Made by a program: the position numbers and the translations under genes
The notes under the pieces: model-generated
Databases searched by the model: none
What the model was told of the DNA's origin: nothing
What the model saw: only the letters and a program-made list of their open reading frames with translations
Source of the DNA: Paraspadella gotoi
Lineage: Eukaryota; Animalia; Chaetognatha
Direction of reading: 5' to 3'
Assembly (NCBI GenBank): GCA_051294375.1
Contig: CM119268.1
Span: forward strand, 6,329,525-6,393,524
DNA length: 64,000 bases
Part shown: positions 27,489-43,290 of the stretch, piece after piece
Position numbering within the stretch: position 1 is the first letter of the stretch
Layout of the letters: each line of letters begins with the position of its first letter

Positions 27489-28946
27489 ATCTTAAAAGTA
27501 TAGTGATCTCCAAGACGTTACTATCAAAGAAAATTAATGAAAAAATCAAAAAAAAAAAAAAAAAAATCAAATGATTGATGCGATAACGAATTATTAATGT
27601 AATAGTAATTTATTGATGTAATAATAATTGATTGATGTAATAATAATTTATTATTGATGCAATGATAACCAAATATTGATGCGATGATAACCAAATGATT
27701 GATGCGATGATAACCAAAAGATTGATACGATGATAACCAAATGATTGATGCGATGATAACCAAATGATTGATGCGATAATAACCAAATGATGGATGCAAT
27801 GATAATCATTTATTGATGAGATGATAATCATTTATTGATAAGATGATAGTCATTTATTGATGCGATAATAATCATTCATTAACGCGATGAGCGACATAAA
27901 AAAAAGGAGAGAAACTGGACAGAGGCTGCAGATTTGAACTCCTCTATATATATAACAAGTTTGAGCAAACAATGTCGGATCTGCCCATGATCATTATCGG
28001 TAATTAATTAATTAACAAATAATTAATTATTTAATTATTAATTAATTTATTCAAGTTAATTATTTAATTAATTATGCAATTATACAATTAATTTGATCCA
28101 AAATATTTGTTTTGATTGATTAATTAACTGATTAATTATTAATTAATTAATTGATTAATTAACTAATTAATTATTTGATTAATTATACATCTTGCATTTA
28201 CATTTAAAATAAAAAGAAAAAGAAGCATAATCAATTAGTGAAACAGGTTCTTTGTTTTTTCTATTTAAACTCATTTCCACTCAAACGATTCCATTGAAAC
28301 TTGATTTCCAGTTTAATCACACACTTTTCTACCCAAATACAAAATTTCAAGTCAATCGCCCCATCCACTCATGAGTAATTGGTGTTCAAATAGTGAAATA
28401 TATTTTATTGTTTTTTTCTATTTAAACTTATTTCCACTCGGACGATTCCATCGAAACTTCATATCCAGCTCAATCACACACTTCCCTACCCACACACAAA
28501 ATTTCATTCCAATCCATCCATCCAATCACGAGTAATTGGTGTTTTTTGCTAAGGTAGGACGGATGGACGGACGGACAGACAGATGGACGGACATCGTTTT
28601 TTTTTGCATAATTTATCATAATTCGATGTTCTGATATGATATAAGTGAATGCCCGACAAGATTGAGGGCGGACGATGGACCGACAAAGTGAATTATAGAG
28701 TCGGATCTGCTGAAAGCATCCGACTAAAAATTGGTTTTTATAAATAAAACAAAAGACTGTAAGAATATAAAACATAACAATTTAATTCTTAATGATGAGA
28801 AGCTATATCTAAATTTTCAGCTTCCCATGGTTACACATGGTTATTTTCAATGTTAAAACAGCGTAACGACGATGACAACGGTTAAAAAAAGCAGAAACGA
28901 ATTAACATCTCGCCCAAGTCGGGTATTCGCCTGTCTGGCGAGATAA
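27489..28946 (-). mobile_element. HINE/DINE-1-like element (outer) between TTK and COPB2, carrying a nested insertion
   Basis: Same termini as 17628 copy (atcttaaaagtatagtgatctc... / ...tgtctggcgagat), ~23-bp GATGCGATGATAACCAAATGATT array, shared core. Confidence 0.78.
27954..28725 (+). mobile_element. Nested second-family HINE/DINE-1-like element
   Basis: Starts aacaagtttgagcaaacaatgtcggatctgc, has two ~159-bp tandem units (28250-28545), a GGAC/AGAC microsatellite (28556-28592) and terminal hairpin gtcggat..atccgac; interrupts sequence that is contiguous in the 17628 copy. Confidence 0.7.
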
Positions 28947-29360
28947 AAAAGTTAAGGCCATCATGGAATTTTTCTTCAAATGACAAAAGTAATATTATTA
29001 GTTTAATTTATTCTAACCAGCGCACATTTAAAATAACTCAGAATATCAGACTGACTTTATTTTATTTATTGAGCAAAACGACGAGAATCGATCAAAACTC
29101 GGATACTAAATTATCCTTGTTATATATCTATTATCTATAGCTACTAACAAACTTCGATTATGATCTTTGATTTGTCCAACAGACTAATTTAATCAAATTC
29201 AGTCATCAACAGCTTTTTATTTAACAAAAGCAAAATGTAGTGTAAATGTAAAAGCTTTCTATAACAAAAGGTACATATGTATAAAAAATTTTATCGACTT
29301 GTAAACTTCTCCTGGTTTGAGCGGTCAACATGCCTCTTCGACCGCGAATTGGAATGTCCG

Positions 29361-32118
29361 TCAAGCTCTCCTTAAGTAGGGGTGCCGCAAGAGTTCGTCG
29401 ACGGTGGGGCGGGATTTAGGGTCCCGATTCAAGCAAGATTTCATGACGTCAACCATGTGAGGATCGCCGGCGTCGGGAAATTTGATGACGCAACGAGGGT
29501 TAATGATTGCCTGAAGCTTGGTCAAGTTGTTGAGATGGTGAAAAGGAGTTTTGTTGTAAACCTGAAAACGAATAAAGGCGTTGTAAAACTAGAGTTCTAA
29601 AAAGGTTTAACCTAAAAGACATGGCTTTACAGACCATGGAATAAAGAATGCATCCCAGCGACCAAACGTCGGACTTGGTGCCGATTTTTATGCGTGGCTT
29701 CTCGCTTTCTTCCGTCTGCGGTTGAGTGTCCAAAATTGCTTCGGGGGACATGTAATTTAGGGTTCCGATTTGCGAGTCACGCGTAACACTTGTTTTGTCG
29801 GACTAAGAATGACAAACGTGAAAGTCCTAGGTCTTCAAGAAATACATATGATTTTTAGCGCCAATTTTTTGGAAACCTGAATGGCGTTGGCGATTCCGAA
29901 ATCGATCAGCTTCAAGGTCCCATTGACAAGCAAAAAATTGGCCGGCTTAAGATCCGAATGAACAATTCCCTCCTGAACATAACGAGGAATTGAAAACAAA
30001 TCGTTAAACAAATACGTAGCGTTGCCTGGCTCGGTCTTAATCTAATCTCTATTTTCTCGCCTTGTGAGTAACCGCGATGCAGGAGAGCATCTCTTCCCAA
30101 TAGAAGCGAATGAGATTAGGAGAGACGTCGTTCCTGGATGCACGGTCGTTAAAGATGACGGCGAGGTCGCAATCGCCACACTCCATCACGATGGACAACG
30201 AGTTGGAGGCTCGACACATCTCCCAATTCAACAGTTTCACTACGCGGTTGGAATGCTGCGAATCGGGTTGGGAGTGGAGGGAGAGTGACGATAAAATTTT
30301 AATCAGCATGAAAAAAATGTTTTTGTCACGGAACTGTACCTGGAGTTTGGCTAACAACCCGATTTCGTTCTGGAATGATTCCACCATGTCTTGATCGACT
30401 TCATCCAAGTCGACAGTTTTGATCGCCACCAGCTGTCGCTTGTTCGTATCCAACGCCTGATGGACCTAAATAAAGATTCGAGGATCAGGTTAATTAGCGC
30501 AATAGTGGAGATTCAATTATACCAAATAAGCGAAATCGCTGTCAGCATTTACTTTGGAGCTTCCCCCACTGCCGATCTGGCGCACGAGTCGGTAATCAAC
30601 TCCTTGGATGCGGATGAGTTTGGGCTGGCGGCCGAAATAAGCTGCCTGCGGTGGAGGCGGTTGAGCCGGGGTGAAAATCGGCTGCTGGTGCAGGGGGGGA
30701 TAATTTTGCGCTCGATGAAAAGACTGATGGGGTGGCTCTAGAGGATACGAATTCATAGGCGTCGCGGGCGGCCGATACGACGCCGCGGGTACGTGATCTC
30801 GCTGCATGGGCGTCTTGGCTCGTTTCTCCTCTACTTCGATGCGTTTCCGCTGAAAGCCTTGCTCCATCGGCGGTGGCTTGGGCGGCGTGAGGATAGCCTC
30901 GGGACGGTTGAAATTCAATTCCTTTAACGGCGCCATTCTTCGATCGGGAACAGAAGGTTGGAGGGGCCGATGCCGCAACGACGCAGGGTCAGATTCGTCG
31001 ACGTCGAGGTTCTCGTCTCCGTTTGAGGAGAGACTCATCGATTCTCGAAAGGAGGCGTTGAGGTCGTTGTCGGCAATGTCTACGGAAGAGAGTGGGTCAG
31101 AACACTCCGTCACAGAGTCGATCAGCGCGTCCTGAAAAAAAAGAAGAAAAAAGTAAACAAAAAACTAAGTCTTTAAATATTGTTAACAATTGCCCATTAA
31201 TGCAGTGATTCCTAACCATCGGCGCGAGTTTGCCCTCGCGGGAAACATCGATCGAGACGTTGACCGCCGAAGGGACGTCCCGAGATTCATCAATGACGTC
31301 GAGAATGTGATGGGAATTGGTGTCGAACGCGAGGCTTTCATGCAGTTTTACTGAGGACACTGAGGGAAAACGGAGAGACGGTGAATTAAATGGAAATAGA
31401 AACGAAATATGGCTATATTTTTTTACTTACGGTTTTCGGCCTTTCTCTCCATTTCTGGCGCGGGCGTCGCCGCTTGGTCGCTAGTTCTCAAAACCCGGCG
31501 CGGTTTGCCCAATAGGCGACGCCGGGTCCCAGTTTCGTCGGCGTTGGTCGTCGGTACAGAATCGAGTAGGTTCTTGCAATCGGGCGTAGACGCGTAGGAC
31601 CGCATGCCTGAATGTTGAAAAAGAAAAGCGAATGGAAACCATCTGAATCGGAGTTTAAATTTTTAAGTCGTAAGGAACATTGTACAGAGAATACTCGGAA
31701 AAGAATTCTACCCCATCTTACCGGGTTTTTTCTTGGACGCCGATGTCGGCATTGTCAATCCTCCCCCAAAATCTGCTTGGCGTGAAGCCGCCAGTGAAGC
31801 GGCCGCAAAATGACTCTGCGAAGTTCGACCTTCGGCATCGGAGGCGTGACGTTGGCGGCGCCACTCTTCTTCCAAGGGAGGCGAATAGCGCTCGGGGAGT
31901 ATGCCACGTATTTCTTGTTCCATCGTCCTTTGCTGCGGCTGCTGCTGCCACGGTGGATGTCGCTCTGCGCCCGCGTTCTCGAGAAAATTGACCCCACTCA
32001 AGTCAAGATCAAAGGTGGGTGCGGCGGAAGGCGCCGGCGACATCTCCGAACCACACTCAATCGCCTGCAGTTTCTTCTGCAAACTACGCAAACTGCGAGA
32101 ACTCTGGGACTTTTCCAT
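29361..32118 (-). CDS. TTK: Dual-specificity kinase TTK/Mps1, multi-exon
   Basis: [105 protein letters not shown]. Confidence 0.93.
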
Positions 32119-32412
32119 GACGATTGTTTTCGTCTTTTCCGATTCGTGAGAATCAACCTTTGAGTTTCGGTCTTACGAACTCCATTATCTAGCTAAATCT
32201 TCAAATATAAAACAAAAACTAGTTGAAATCAGTTTTAAAAAACAGACATAAATTAACCTAATCGAAATCATGATTTATGATTTATGGCAGAATTTGAGCG
32301 TTGTATTAAGAATATTGTGGCGACCAGTGGTGAATGGTAAGGTCATTCGTCGTCCGTTCGTTTGATGCACGACAACATAATATCAAGCATAGCTAAACAT
32401 CACCAGCCAATT

Positions 32413-35400
32413 TCAAGCGACAGTCAGATCGAGAAGATAATCTTTGAGCGAGTTGGGAATGCGCAGCCGCTCAACTTTTGGCGGCGTCTTTCCGTTTAAC
32501 GCTGTCAGTATTCGCTTTCGGCACAATGATTTGAGAGATTCCGCGTTGGTCAGTCGCTCTAAGATCAACCGTCGGATCGTAGAGCGACGGTTGACGGACG
32601 AGGCGGCGGAAGTGACGGAGTTAGAGACGGCGGGAGGGGCGGAGTTTGTATGAGCGATAGCCGTTCCGTTCCAAGCGGTGACGCCGTCTCCCACGGAATC
32701 GTCATATGTTTTAAGGGCCGATGCCAAACAAGCGAACATCGTCCCAGAGTCAATGAGGTGGCAAAAGAGGCGGAGGCAATTCTCGTAGTGGGGACCAGAT
32801 TCGACGAGCCTTTTTAATAGACATTGAGAAAACGAAGATAGAATTAGAAATAGGTAAACTACTTCGATTGAAACAAAACTCGTTACCGAGCAAACTTGAT
32901 TCCGAGCTCGAGGTATTGGCAAAGAATGTGGCGGCGAATGGCAGCCATGATTTGCGCGCCTTCGAATCGATGAGGGGACAGATATAGTTGGTTCGGTAGA
33001 CACCATAACATTAGAGTCGTGGTCAAGCGAGAAACGACCTCCAAGTCGGACGAATCGAACACATTTAGGCACATGCTGGACGAGGTAAAGGGTTTTAACA
33101 TTAATTTTTAATAATAAACAAGATGACCATCCCCCCTCAAAGAAAAAACCTTAAAATTTCCTCGTAGGTGTTGTAAAAAACGAGTCGACGGTTGACGCGA
33201 ACTACGGAGACGACGGAGGCGTTAAAGCGAAAGAGCAAGGCCAGGATCTCGTTGACGACCGGAAGTACGGCGAGGAGCGAGGCCGACTCTCCACGGTTCA
33301 TCCAGATTTGGCACCACGATACCATTGTCGATAAGGGACTAAGAGGTAAACAAATTTGGGTTTTTATAAACTGAAATTTTTGACCTCCGCCCGTCATTCA
33401 ACCTGAGAGCGAAAGCGGGCCTGATGTTGGGATCGGCCCCGTTAACCAAGAGAAGTTCCAACGCGGCCAGAAACGGTGATCGCAGCGCCACCAGTTCCTC
33501 CGGCGAAATATTGCACGTCTGAGGAAAGGTAAACCCAATTTCTCAAACAAAAAAAACAAAGGACAATTTACAATTGTAATTTTTATGTTATCACGGAAAA
33601 AGAAAACCTGCAAGGAAAATATCCACGTGAGTAGTGGAGTGATCAATCCGTCTTTGAGCGGCAAATTGACGTCTGCCCCTCCCTTTTCGATCAAAAGCCG
33701 AAGAATATCGAGAATGACGAAGGCGCCGGAGATGTCCGTTCGATTACTGTATCGACAAAATAAATGAAATCCGAAGTCATCAACCTTAGTCCTTACAATT
33801 CGCCGAATCACGATCCTCACCTTCCGACCGTGTCATGAGTTGCGTAGGCAAAGAGGTTCCGATGCAGCAGAACGTGCAGCGCCGTATGTCCGGTGCTGCA
33901 CTGAACATTGGGGTCGGCTCCGTAGTTTAGCATCAGTCGAACACACCTTTCGATGTCCGCGTTTAATCGGGATGTAGAAATCGGCGAGTGAGAAGTGGAA
34001 TAACACGTTTTCGTGAAATTCCAACAAGAGTTAATGTGGTGTAGTAGGAGAAGCAATGGAGTGTAGCCGTGGCGATCCAGGCTAAATCAAGCATACATAT
34101 ATTTTACATATCACATATAAGAAGATACATGTAAATACATGTAGAATTTTTAAAACATTCGCGATACCTGTTGATTTCTCTATGGATTCCCACGTCTAGC
34201 AAGAGTTTGGCCACTTCAGCGAACTCGTCATTTAATCTTCCGTCAACCGCGAATAGCGCGTGAAGAGCGTGCTGGCCAAAACGATTGCGCGCGCGAATTT
34301 GGGCGCCTTTATGAAGCAGCTTTTCGGTGAACCATTTGCCTTTCAGCACGGCGTAGTGGAGAGGGGTCGAGTCTGAGAAGGGATGAAATCAATATGGAAA
34401 AAAATAGGCAAATCATTGCTGCAGTTCAAGAGTCAAACCCATTATGTACTCACCGTCATCGTCGACGACGTTGACGTCGCATTCGACATCGTCTAAGGCG
34501 AACAGGAAGCAACGCCTTGCGCCAAATTTGCTGGCGAGTAAGAGCGCCGACGTCAAAGATACCGGGAGATTGGATCGTGAACTTGACACGAGACGAAGTA
34601 TGTCTACCTGCAGTAGTAAATACGTACTTTGAACAACTTAACCTAAGCTTTAATGTCTCACTCAACATCCTAAACATAATTATGACATAATTTAGTCCGC
34701 TCACGTTATCGGCAAGAATGGCAAAATGAGAAGCGTCCGCTATCCCCTCGGGGTCGATCTTCATGAGGCGTTCCCGCGCCACCGGCGTCATCGACTCTGG
34801 AACAAGCGCCTCGGGCCCGCGAGGCGCAGTCAACGACAATCGACTTTTCAGGCCGGGATCGGCTCCACCGGCGAGGAGGACGGAAACAATGTCGATGCGA
34901 CCTTTGGAGCGAAACGATTGCCATTGGCAGAAAAGTGAATAATAACAACAACCTAACGGTGATACAAGCAAAGTTATTTAAGAAAAACATCTCACCGAGA
35001 AAAGAAGCGAGATGTAGAGGACGGTCGCAACCTTGACGAGGTGTTGCGTTGCAATCGACGCCCCGATTTACAAGAAACGACACCAATTCCTCTTTATTCC
35101 AAATTATCGCCTTTAAAAAATTCATAAAAAATCCCGTCAATTTTTAAAACTTTTGCTTTTAAATAAATTTACACAACGTAAACCTTTTGTAAGAGGTTAT
35201 AGTTGTCAGCGTCGACGATTTTGAGCAAGTCTTCCGAATCGGGAATATCCCTCAAGGCGGCGATAATTGCGCTCACATCGATGTCATCCTCTTCTCTTTT
35301 GTTCACAGGGAAATAAAAAAATAAATGTCATTAGTTAAAATAACACTTCATATCATATACATGGTGACAATTTTACAAGCGCCGGTAGAAATACGCTGTC

Positions 35401-36480
35401 ATTTGCAAACCAGTGGTTATTTCATTGATTTTAAAAATTAGTTGAGTAGAACATATTAAAGTCATTTATGTGTTCAAAATTTATATTGATCAGTTAAGAT
35501 ATGCCTTGGCAATGAGTGGAGAAAGTTGGCTTGTAAAATCGGGTTTCATTTTCCAACTCACTGTTTTTAAATTCTTTTTTTTTTTTCAACTTTTAGCTCT
35601 TTTTTAAATCAAAGTATTTATTAAGATATTAACAATATTTATATCCTCAGAAAGCCCTTAAAAAAATGAAGAGAATGATTTACTTATGAAAGCTCTAACA
35701 TAAAAATTAAGCTGCCCAGCCTTGGTTCAATTAAGAGAATCAAAAGTTAATTATCTAAAATTTCAAATCTTTTTTTAAAATATATGACCTGATTAAATTA
35801 TTATAACATAAAATATTATTATTTATATAAATATCATGAAAGAGCCTGAAAAAATGAGATTTAAGATAGCCAATCACAATTTGATAAAAATCTTAAATTT
35901 ACCCTCCAGCTATTGATTTTTGGAAAGATGTCTTGTTTTTGAGTACCCTAATTAAATTAAAGCTGGGCCGGTTAAATTTTATACTACAGTATTTGCAAGT
36001 ATATCATTCTCTTTAGATTTGAAAGGGCTTTCAGAAGATAATAATATTAATATTATTTTATTTTAAATTTTTTCAGAAAACTTACTGAAAGTAAGAAAAA
36101 AAAATTGAATCTAAAAAAGTGAGTTAGAAAATGAAACCCGATTTTACAAACCAACATTCTCCACTCATTGCCAAGGCATATCTTAACTGATCAATTTAAA
36201 ATTTAAACACATAAATGACTTTAATATGTTCTACTCAACTAATTTTTAAAATCAATGAAACAACCACTGGTTTGCAAATGACAGCGTATTTCTACCGGCG
36301 CTTGTAAAATTGTCACCATGTATTATATGCATTCCATACTATTTACCCGTTTTTCAGACGATGATAGATCGCGGCGACGATTTCAAGCGTGGAATCTGAA
36401 GGCGGCGTCGCCGTCGGCGCTTCTTGCGTAAACTGATTGAGCGCGAACTGCATTGCTGCCGTCACGAAACGCATCAACAT
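32413..36480 (-). CDS. Ankyrin repeat and SOCS box protein (ASB family), multi-exon
   Basis: Several ankyrin repeats (DRPLHLAS, STPLHYA, GYTPLL, GHTALHVLL) and C-terminal SOCS box SLKSLCRKRIL...VERLRIPNSLKDYLL. Start codon approximate. Confidence 0.82.
35360..36320. mobile_element. MITE/foldback element with long terminal inverted repeats and TA flanks, in ASB intron 1
   Basis: catggtgacaattttacaagcgccggtagaaatacgctgtc... matched by ...gacagcgtatttctaccggcgcttgtaaaattgtcaccatg over >200 bp; TA on both sides (Tc1/mariner-like). Confidence 0.9.
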
Positions 36481-36818
36481 TTTGAACTTTGAATCAACAA
36501 TTCCGCTTCAACCAAGTCGCCAATGAAAAAGTTTGGTATCAAATTCACCAACACCATATTTCGTTTGGTTGATTTCTACACACTTGCTATACCCACATAA
36601 CATCATGATTCAGTTTTACTTCTTATTAGGCGTTGGTCAGAAATTTCAAGGGTGATCCTGATAATTTAATAACAAAAAAGTAAATGTGTGAATTTTTCAT
36701 ATTTTGGAGCAATAAATAAATGCACGACAAAACCCTTTTATTGAAATAATTCACAAATGAATCTGCTTCACCCGTTCCTCGTCAACATCCGCAATCGACC
36801 TTTAACAATTCAAGTGGG

Positions 36819-37581
36819 TCATCTGCCACCGACGTCGGCCGTCTTGGCGAAAGCCTCGACGACGGCGGCGACGATTTCCGGATCCTGCGTCACCATCCGA
36901 CGCCAACCCGCAGTCTCCCTCACTCGAGCCAACCCCCCCTGGATTCGAGCGACGGCGACGTCGAGCAGAGCGGAAGAGTTGTGACGCAGCGCCAGAAGAA
37001 CGCAATCGCAGGAGGCGTCGTCAGTCATCACGGCGGAGAGGATGGAGGAAGCGGCGTCTTTTAGACGAGAAAGACGAAACTCGGAGGCGACGGCCAAAAC
37101 CTCGGCCGCGTCGGAAGCGGAGATGGAGGCGTCCGGAAGAACGTCAGAGTAGACGAACCTTAAGAAGGAAAAGTTCTTTGAGATCCGTTCCCAATTTAAA
37201 GATAATCCTGACGGACCTCATGACGTGATGAAACGCCTCGCTTCCGACGCCTGGCACCCTGATCCGCGTCAAGCCCACCGAATCGTTCATGAACATCTCG
37301 GCAAAGTGATCGCTCCTCGCCGCCAGGACAGACTTGTGAGCGCGAACCACGCCTCGGGCGCCGAAGCCGTCCGCCTCCGATCCGGCGAAGTCGAGGTCAA
37401 AAACAACGTCCGCGACGACGCCGGATTCGAAAAGACGCCAAAGATCGTCGCTCAACGTCAAGACGGATGGGCTCGTTCTCGTCCCGCCACCGGCGTCAAC
37501 TACGGCCTGGTTTCTGACGCCACCTCGAATAGGCTTCTTTATAATTCGAACGGGATTTCCTTCGATGTCTCTTTTAGACAT
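36819..37581 (-). CDS. Small BTB/POZ-BACK protein (SPOP-like, no MATH domain), 2 exons
   Basis: LSDDLWRLFESG..ADVVF..RAHKSVLAARSDHFAEMF..FHHVMR|FVYSD..VLAVASEFRLSRLK..VLLALRHNSSAL..VRETAGWRRMV..P. Confidence 0.85.
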
Positions 37582-37860
37582 TTTTGTAAGTTTGTTTGAT
37601 TTGTTATGATTTAAAAATAAAAAAAAGTTTAAAAAAAATGAATAAAAAAGAAAGAAAAATATATAAAATATAAAAAAATGAAATGTGCCTGGGAAAAAGG
37701 AAAAATACGTACGACCGTAACAAAAATGCATGTTCGACAACGGCAATCTCAAGAGAGATAGATGCAAAAAAAAAAAAAAAACAATCTCTGGATCAATTCA
37801 AACTATATTCGGGCATTTGCCTGGGGTTCTCTATTCCCCCTGCCACTTTACGCCTTAGCT

Positions 37861-40289
37861 TTAACTCTCCGCTTCTATCAACAACGATTCGGACGTTCCC
37901 GATTTTTTATCAGAACAGGAGATTAAGAGTCCGCCCTCCTTTTTCAAATGCGCCGTTACCGAGACCTCGGTCGCTTCAGTCGACATCCCCTTCAGCACCA
38001 AACGCGCCACGAGGGACAGACGACAGGGATGTAATTGACGATCGGGCGACGATTCCGTGGACCCGTTTTCAGTTCGAGGTTTTTCCCCGTTGGTTGACGA
38101 AGAATGAGACTCCTGAGAACGCAAAAAAAAAAAAAAAAATTGCGATTCTATCTTAACTTCATCGCGGAATCAAACGCCGCGGCTGACCTCTCCAGTCTCA
38201 GCCTCCTCCTCGAGAACTTCCAGACAAAACCAATCTCTTCCTTTCGGCGAATCCAGGCTCAAGGAATTTCGGCAAAATCCCAAGGGCGAGAATTTGGAGA
38301 AAAGGAGATGGGGCGTTGGAGAAGCCGGGTCCGTCGCGTCCTGGGAAGATCTGGCGGGGAAGATGTAAGGAGTGTTAAATATTTAAATTCTGAAGCAAAA
38401 CCAATAACTTTGAATGCAAAAAAAATCTTCACCTGACGTAAATAGAATTGGTAAGGCAATCGAAGGTTTCATCCTGCATGATGTCGCGGGGATCGCCGTC
38501 TTCTGAGGCAGAAATGAGAGACGCTTGAACCTAAAAACGAAAGAAGTTTATTAATAAAGGATCCACCTTGAAAGTCAAATATTTAAATCGGTCTCACCGC
38601 GCATCCGTTCGCGATGACTTCGTCGGGAGCGATTGAATCGAGCACTTCGGCCCCACGAAATGCGGCGGTAACTGCACGCTGCAGAGCCGGAGTCCGGGCC
38701 ACGGCTCCGCAAAGAATTACATGGGAAACGAATGGGACAGCCGCGTCAGCGACCACGGATTTCATGAGGTTGACGCAATCCTAAGCGGGGAAAAAAAAAT
38801 AAAACGAATGAAATCTCCTTTTTTTAAGAGAATTTGTTTTGGGGAAGAGAATTACAATTCAACCGCGCAAACCTGAACGGAGGAGGTGATGAGCGCCTCG
38901 TACCGACCCCGAGTCACCGACGAGTGGAGGTCTACGCCTTCGCAGAGAGACTCGATGGAACACTGCGCGGACTCCAAAGTGGACAAGATATTTTTCGTGA
39001 TTTCGGCGCCGTTCCATAGTTTGGCCTTGGACCTTTTGTTTTCTTCGGGATCGAGTTTGGTTTTGCGACGAAAGTCCGAACCCAGGAGGCGCGAAAGAGA
39101 CGCCGTGAAGAGATCGCCGTTAATCGCGTCGTTTCGGCGGGAAGTCATTAATCTGTCGGTGGGTGGGAGAGATTATTAACATTAGGATTGTTTCGATCAT
39201 GACCCTATCCATCATGACCCTATCCATCTCTTCCTCACCTAATGAGTCCGTTCTGAACGGCGACGACGGAAGCTTCGGTGGACCTTCCGCCGGCTCGAAG
39301 GACAACAGCGTGTAGAGGATCGAAACTTCTAGTTTCTTGCCCTAAAGGAATTCAGCGATTAAAAATGTTCAACCCTCATTGTAGCTACTTATTACACATC
39401 CTCTCCCCCCCCCAAATGTACCGAGCCCATACGCAAGGACGGCAGCGACGGGTTCCTTCACGACCCGAAGGACGTTGAAGCCGGCAGCGCGGGCGGAGGC
39501 GATGAGATCTCGGCGAAAGGAAGGACTCGATTCGGAAGGGCAAGATAGGACGACGTCTTTGGAGGAAGAAGATCCAGAATTGCTTTGGCCTGAATGAAGG
39601 GAAACTCTGACATTGAGAGGCAAAGTGAAAGTTTAAAACAAACATTCAAAAGGGAGTACGTGAGAAGCAGTAACGGGTTATTTTTATTTTGACAAAAACT
39701 TTTTTTCGCATTTTTCCAGTTTGACAATTAACAGAAAAACAAAAGTGTCCGAAAAAAAATGGGGAAAAGACAAATCACTGATAAGGTAGGTTCTAGTCCC
39801 CCAAAGTATAATCAAGCCCATTACCTCTTCCACCTCTTGCTCACCTAATTTTAGCAAGTCCTTGAAAATAGAAGCGGTTACATCGACGGCGGAAAAGGTC
39901 TGACGCTTTCCCTTCAACTCAACCTCAAAATGGGGGGCCCCATTTTTGTCGACGACGGCGGTGCTTTGGTCGGCGATGCCTTTGAGATGGTTGTCGTCGA
40001 AGGCGGCGCCAAGATACCTTTTGACTCCCACGACGACATTGGCTCCGTTGCGTCCACGTCGTTGTTGTTCCGCGGCGCCACCGACGAGAATTTCTCGATC
40101 AGTGAAGGCGACAGTCGCCGGGGTAAGTCGGTCTCCCGCCTCGTTCGCCACGACGTCAACGCGGCAGCTTCCGGAGCCGTTGGCACCGCTGGCGCCGCGA
40201 AAGACGGCCAGGGAGGCGGAAGAGGCGCCGAGGTGAACGCCGAACACGACAGAGGGCGCGGGTGGCGGGGGTGGGGGAGGAGGCGCCAT
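37861..40289 (-). CDS. HSPA14: Heat shock 70 kDa protein 14 (RAC subunit), multi-exon
   Basis: FGVHLGASSASLAV, DVVANEAGDRLTPATVAF, AAGFNVLRVVKEPVAAVLAYGLG, CSIESLCEGVD, VLDSIAPDEVIANGCA, C-terminal ISCSDKKSGTSESLLIEAES. Confidence 0.92.
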
Positions 40290-40557
40290 ATTTTGGTTTA
40301 CACGAGTTTGGTTCTCAACTTCTATGAATCTTATGTACACAGCTAAAAAAATAACAAAAAACGAAATCGACAAAAAAAAAAAAAAATCGAAAATGAAATT
40401 CATTCCTTTCAAACAAAAGGGAAGAGAAAACAGATTTATCGACGGGTGAATTCTTCACGAATGGAAAAAGAGACTGTCAGACCAAAAAGGCACGAATCAG
40501 GTCTTCAGCTTTTATTTTCGAATGATAAATCGACTTCAAATCGCCAACGAAACCCGA

Positions 40558-43020
<2,463 letters not shown>

Positions 43021-43290
43021 ATCGTTCGTCGGATGGGGAGAATTCTACCTCTCAACTACGAAAGTACAATCGGTTGTAAAAAGTTAACGAAATAGTAATT
43101 GGAAACGACGACGAGAAAAAAATAAAACTAATTAACAAAACTCAATTCGCTTTTTCCCGCGCGAATAATTGACTAGATTGGATAATCTCGAAAAATCAGT
43201 GATCGTAAGGCAACAACACCAAGGAAGAATTTGATCGGACGGTTTAGCGTTTCCCAGTAAAAAGAAAAACAAAAAAGATTTGATCTCGTA

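Noticed and set aside
27570-27890. Regular ~23-bp repeats resembling a CRISPR array (also 17690-17960)
   Set aside because: No unique spacers, eukaryotic context; internal minisatellite of the HINE element.
32153-32185. Short upstream ORF (MEFVRPKLKG*) before TTK
   Set aside because: Cannot tell whether it is inside the mature 5' UTR without mapped 5' ends.
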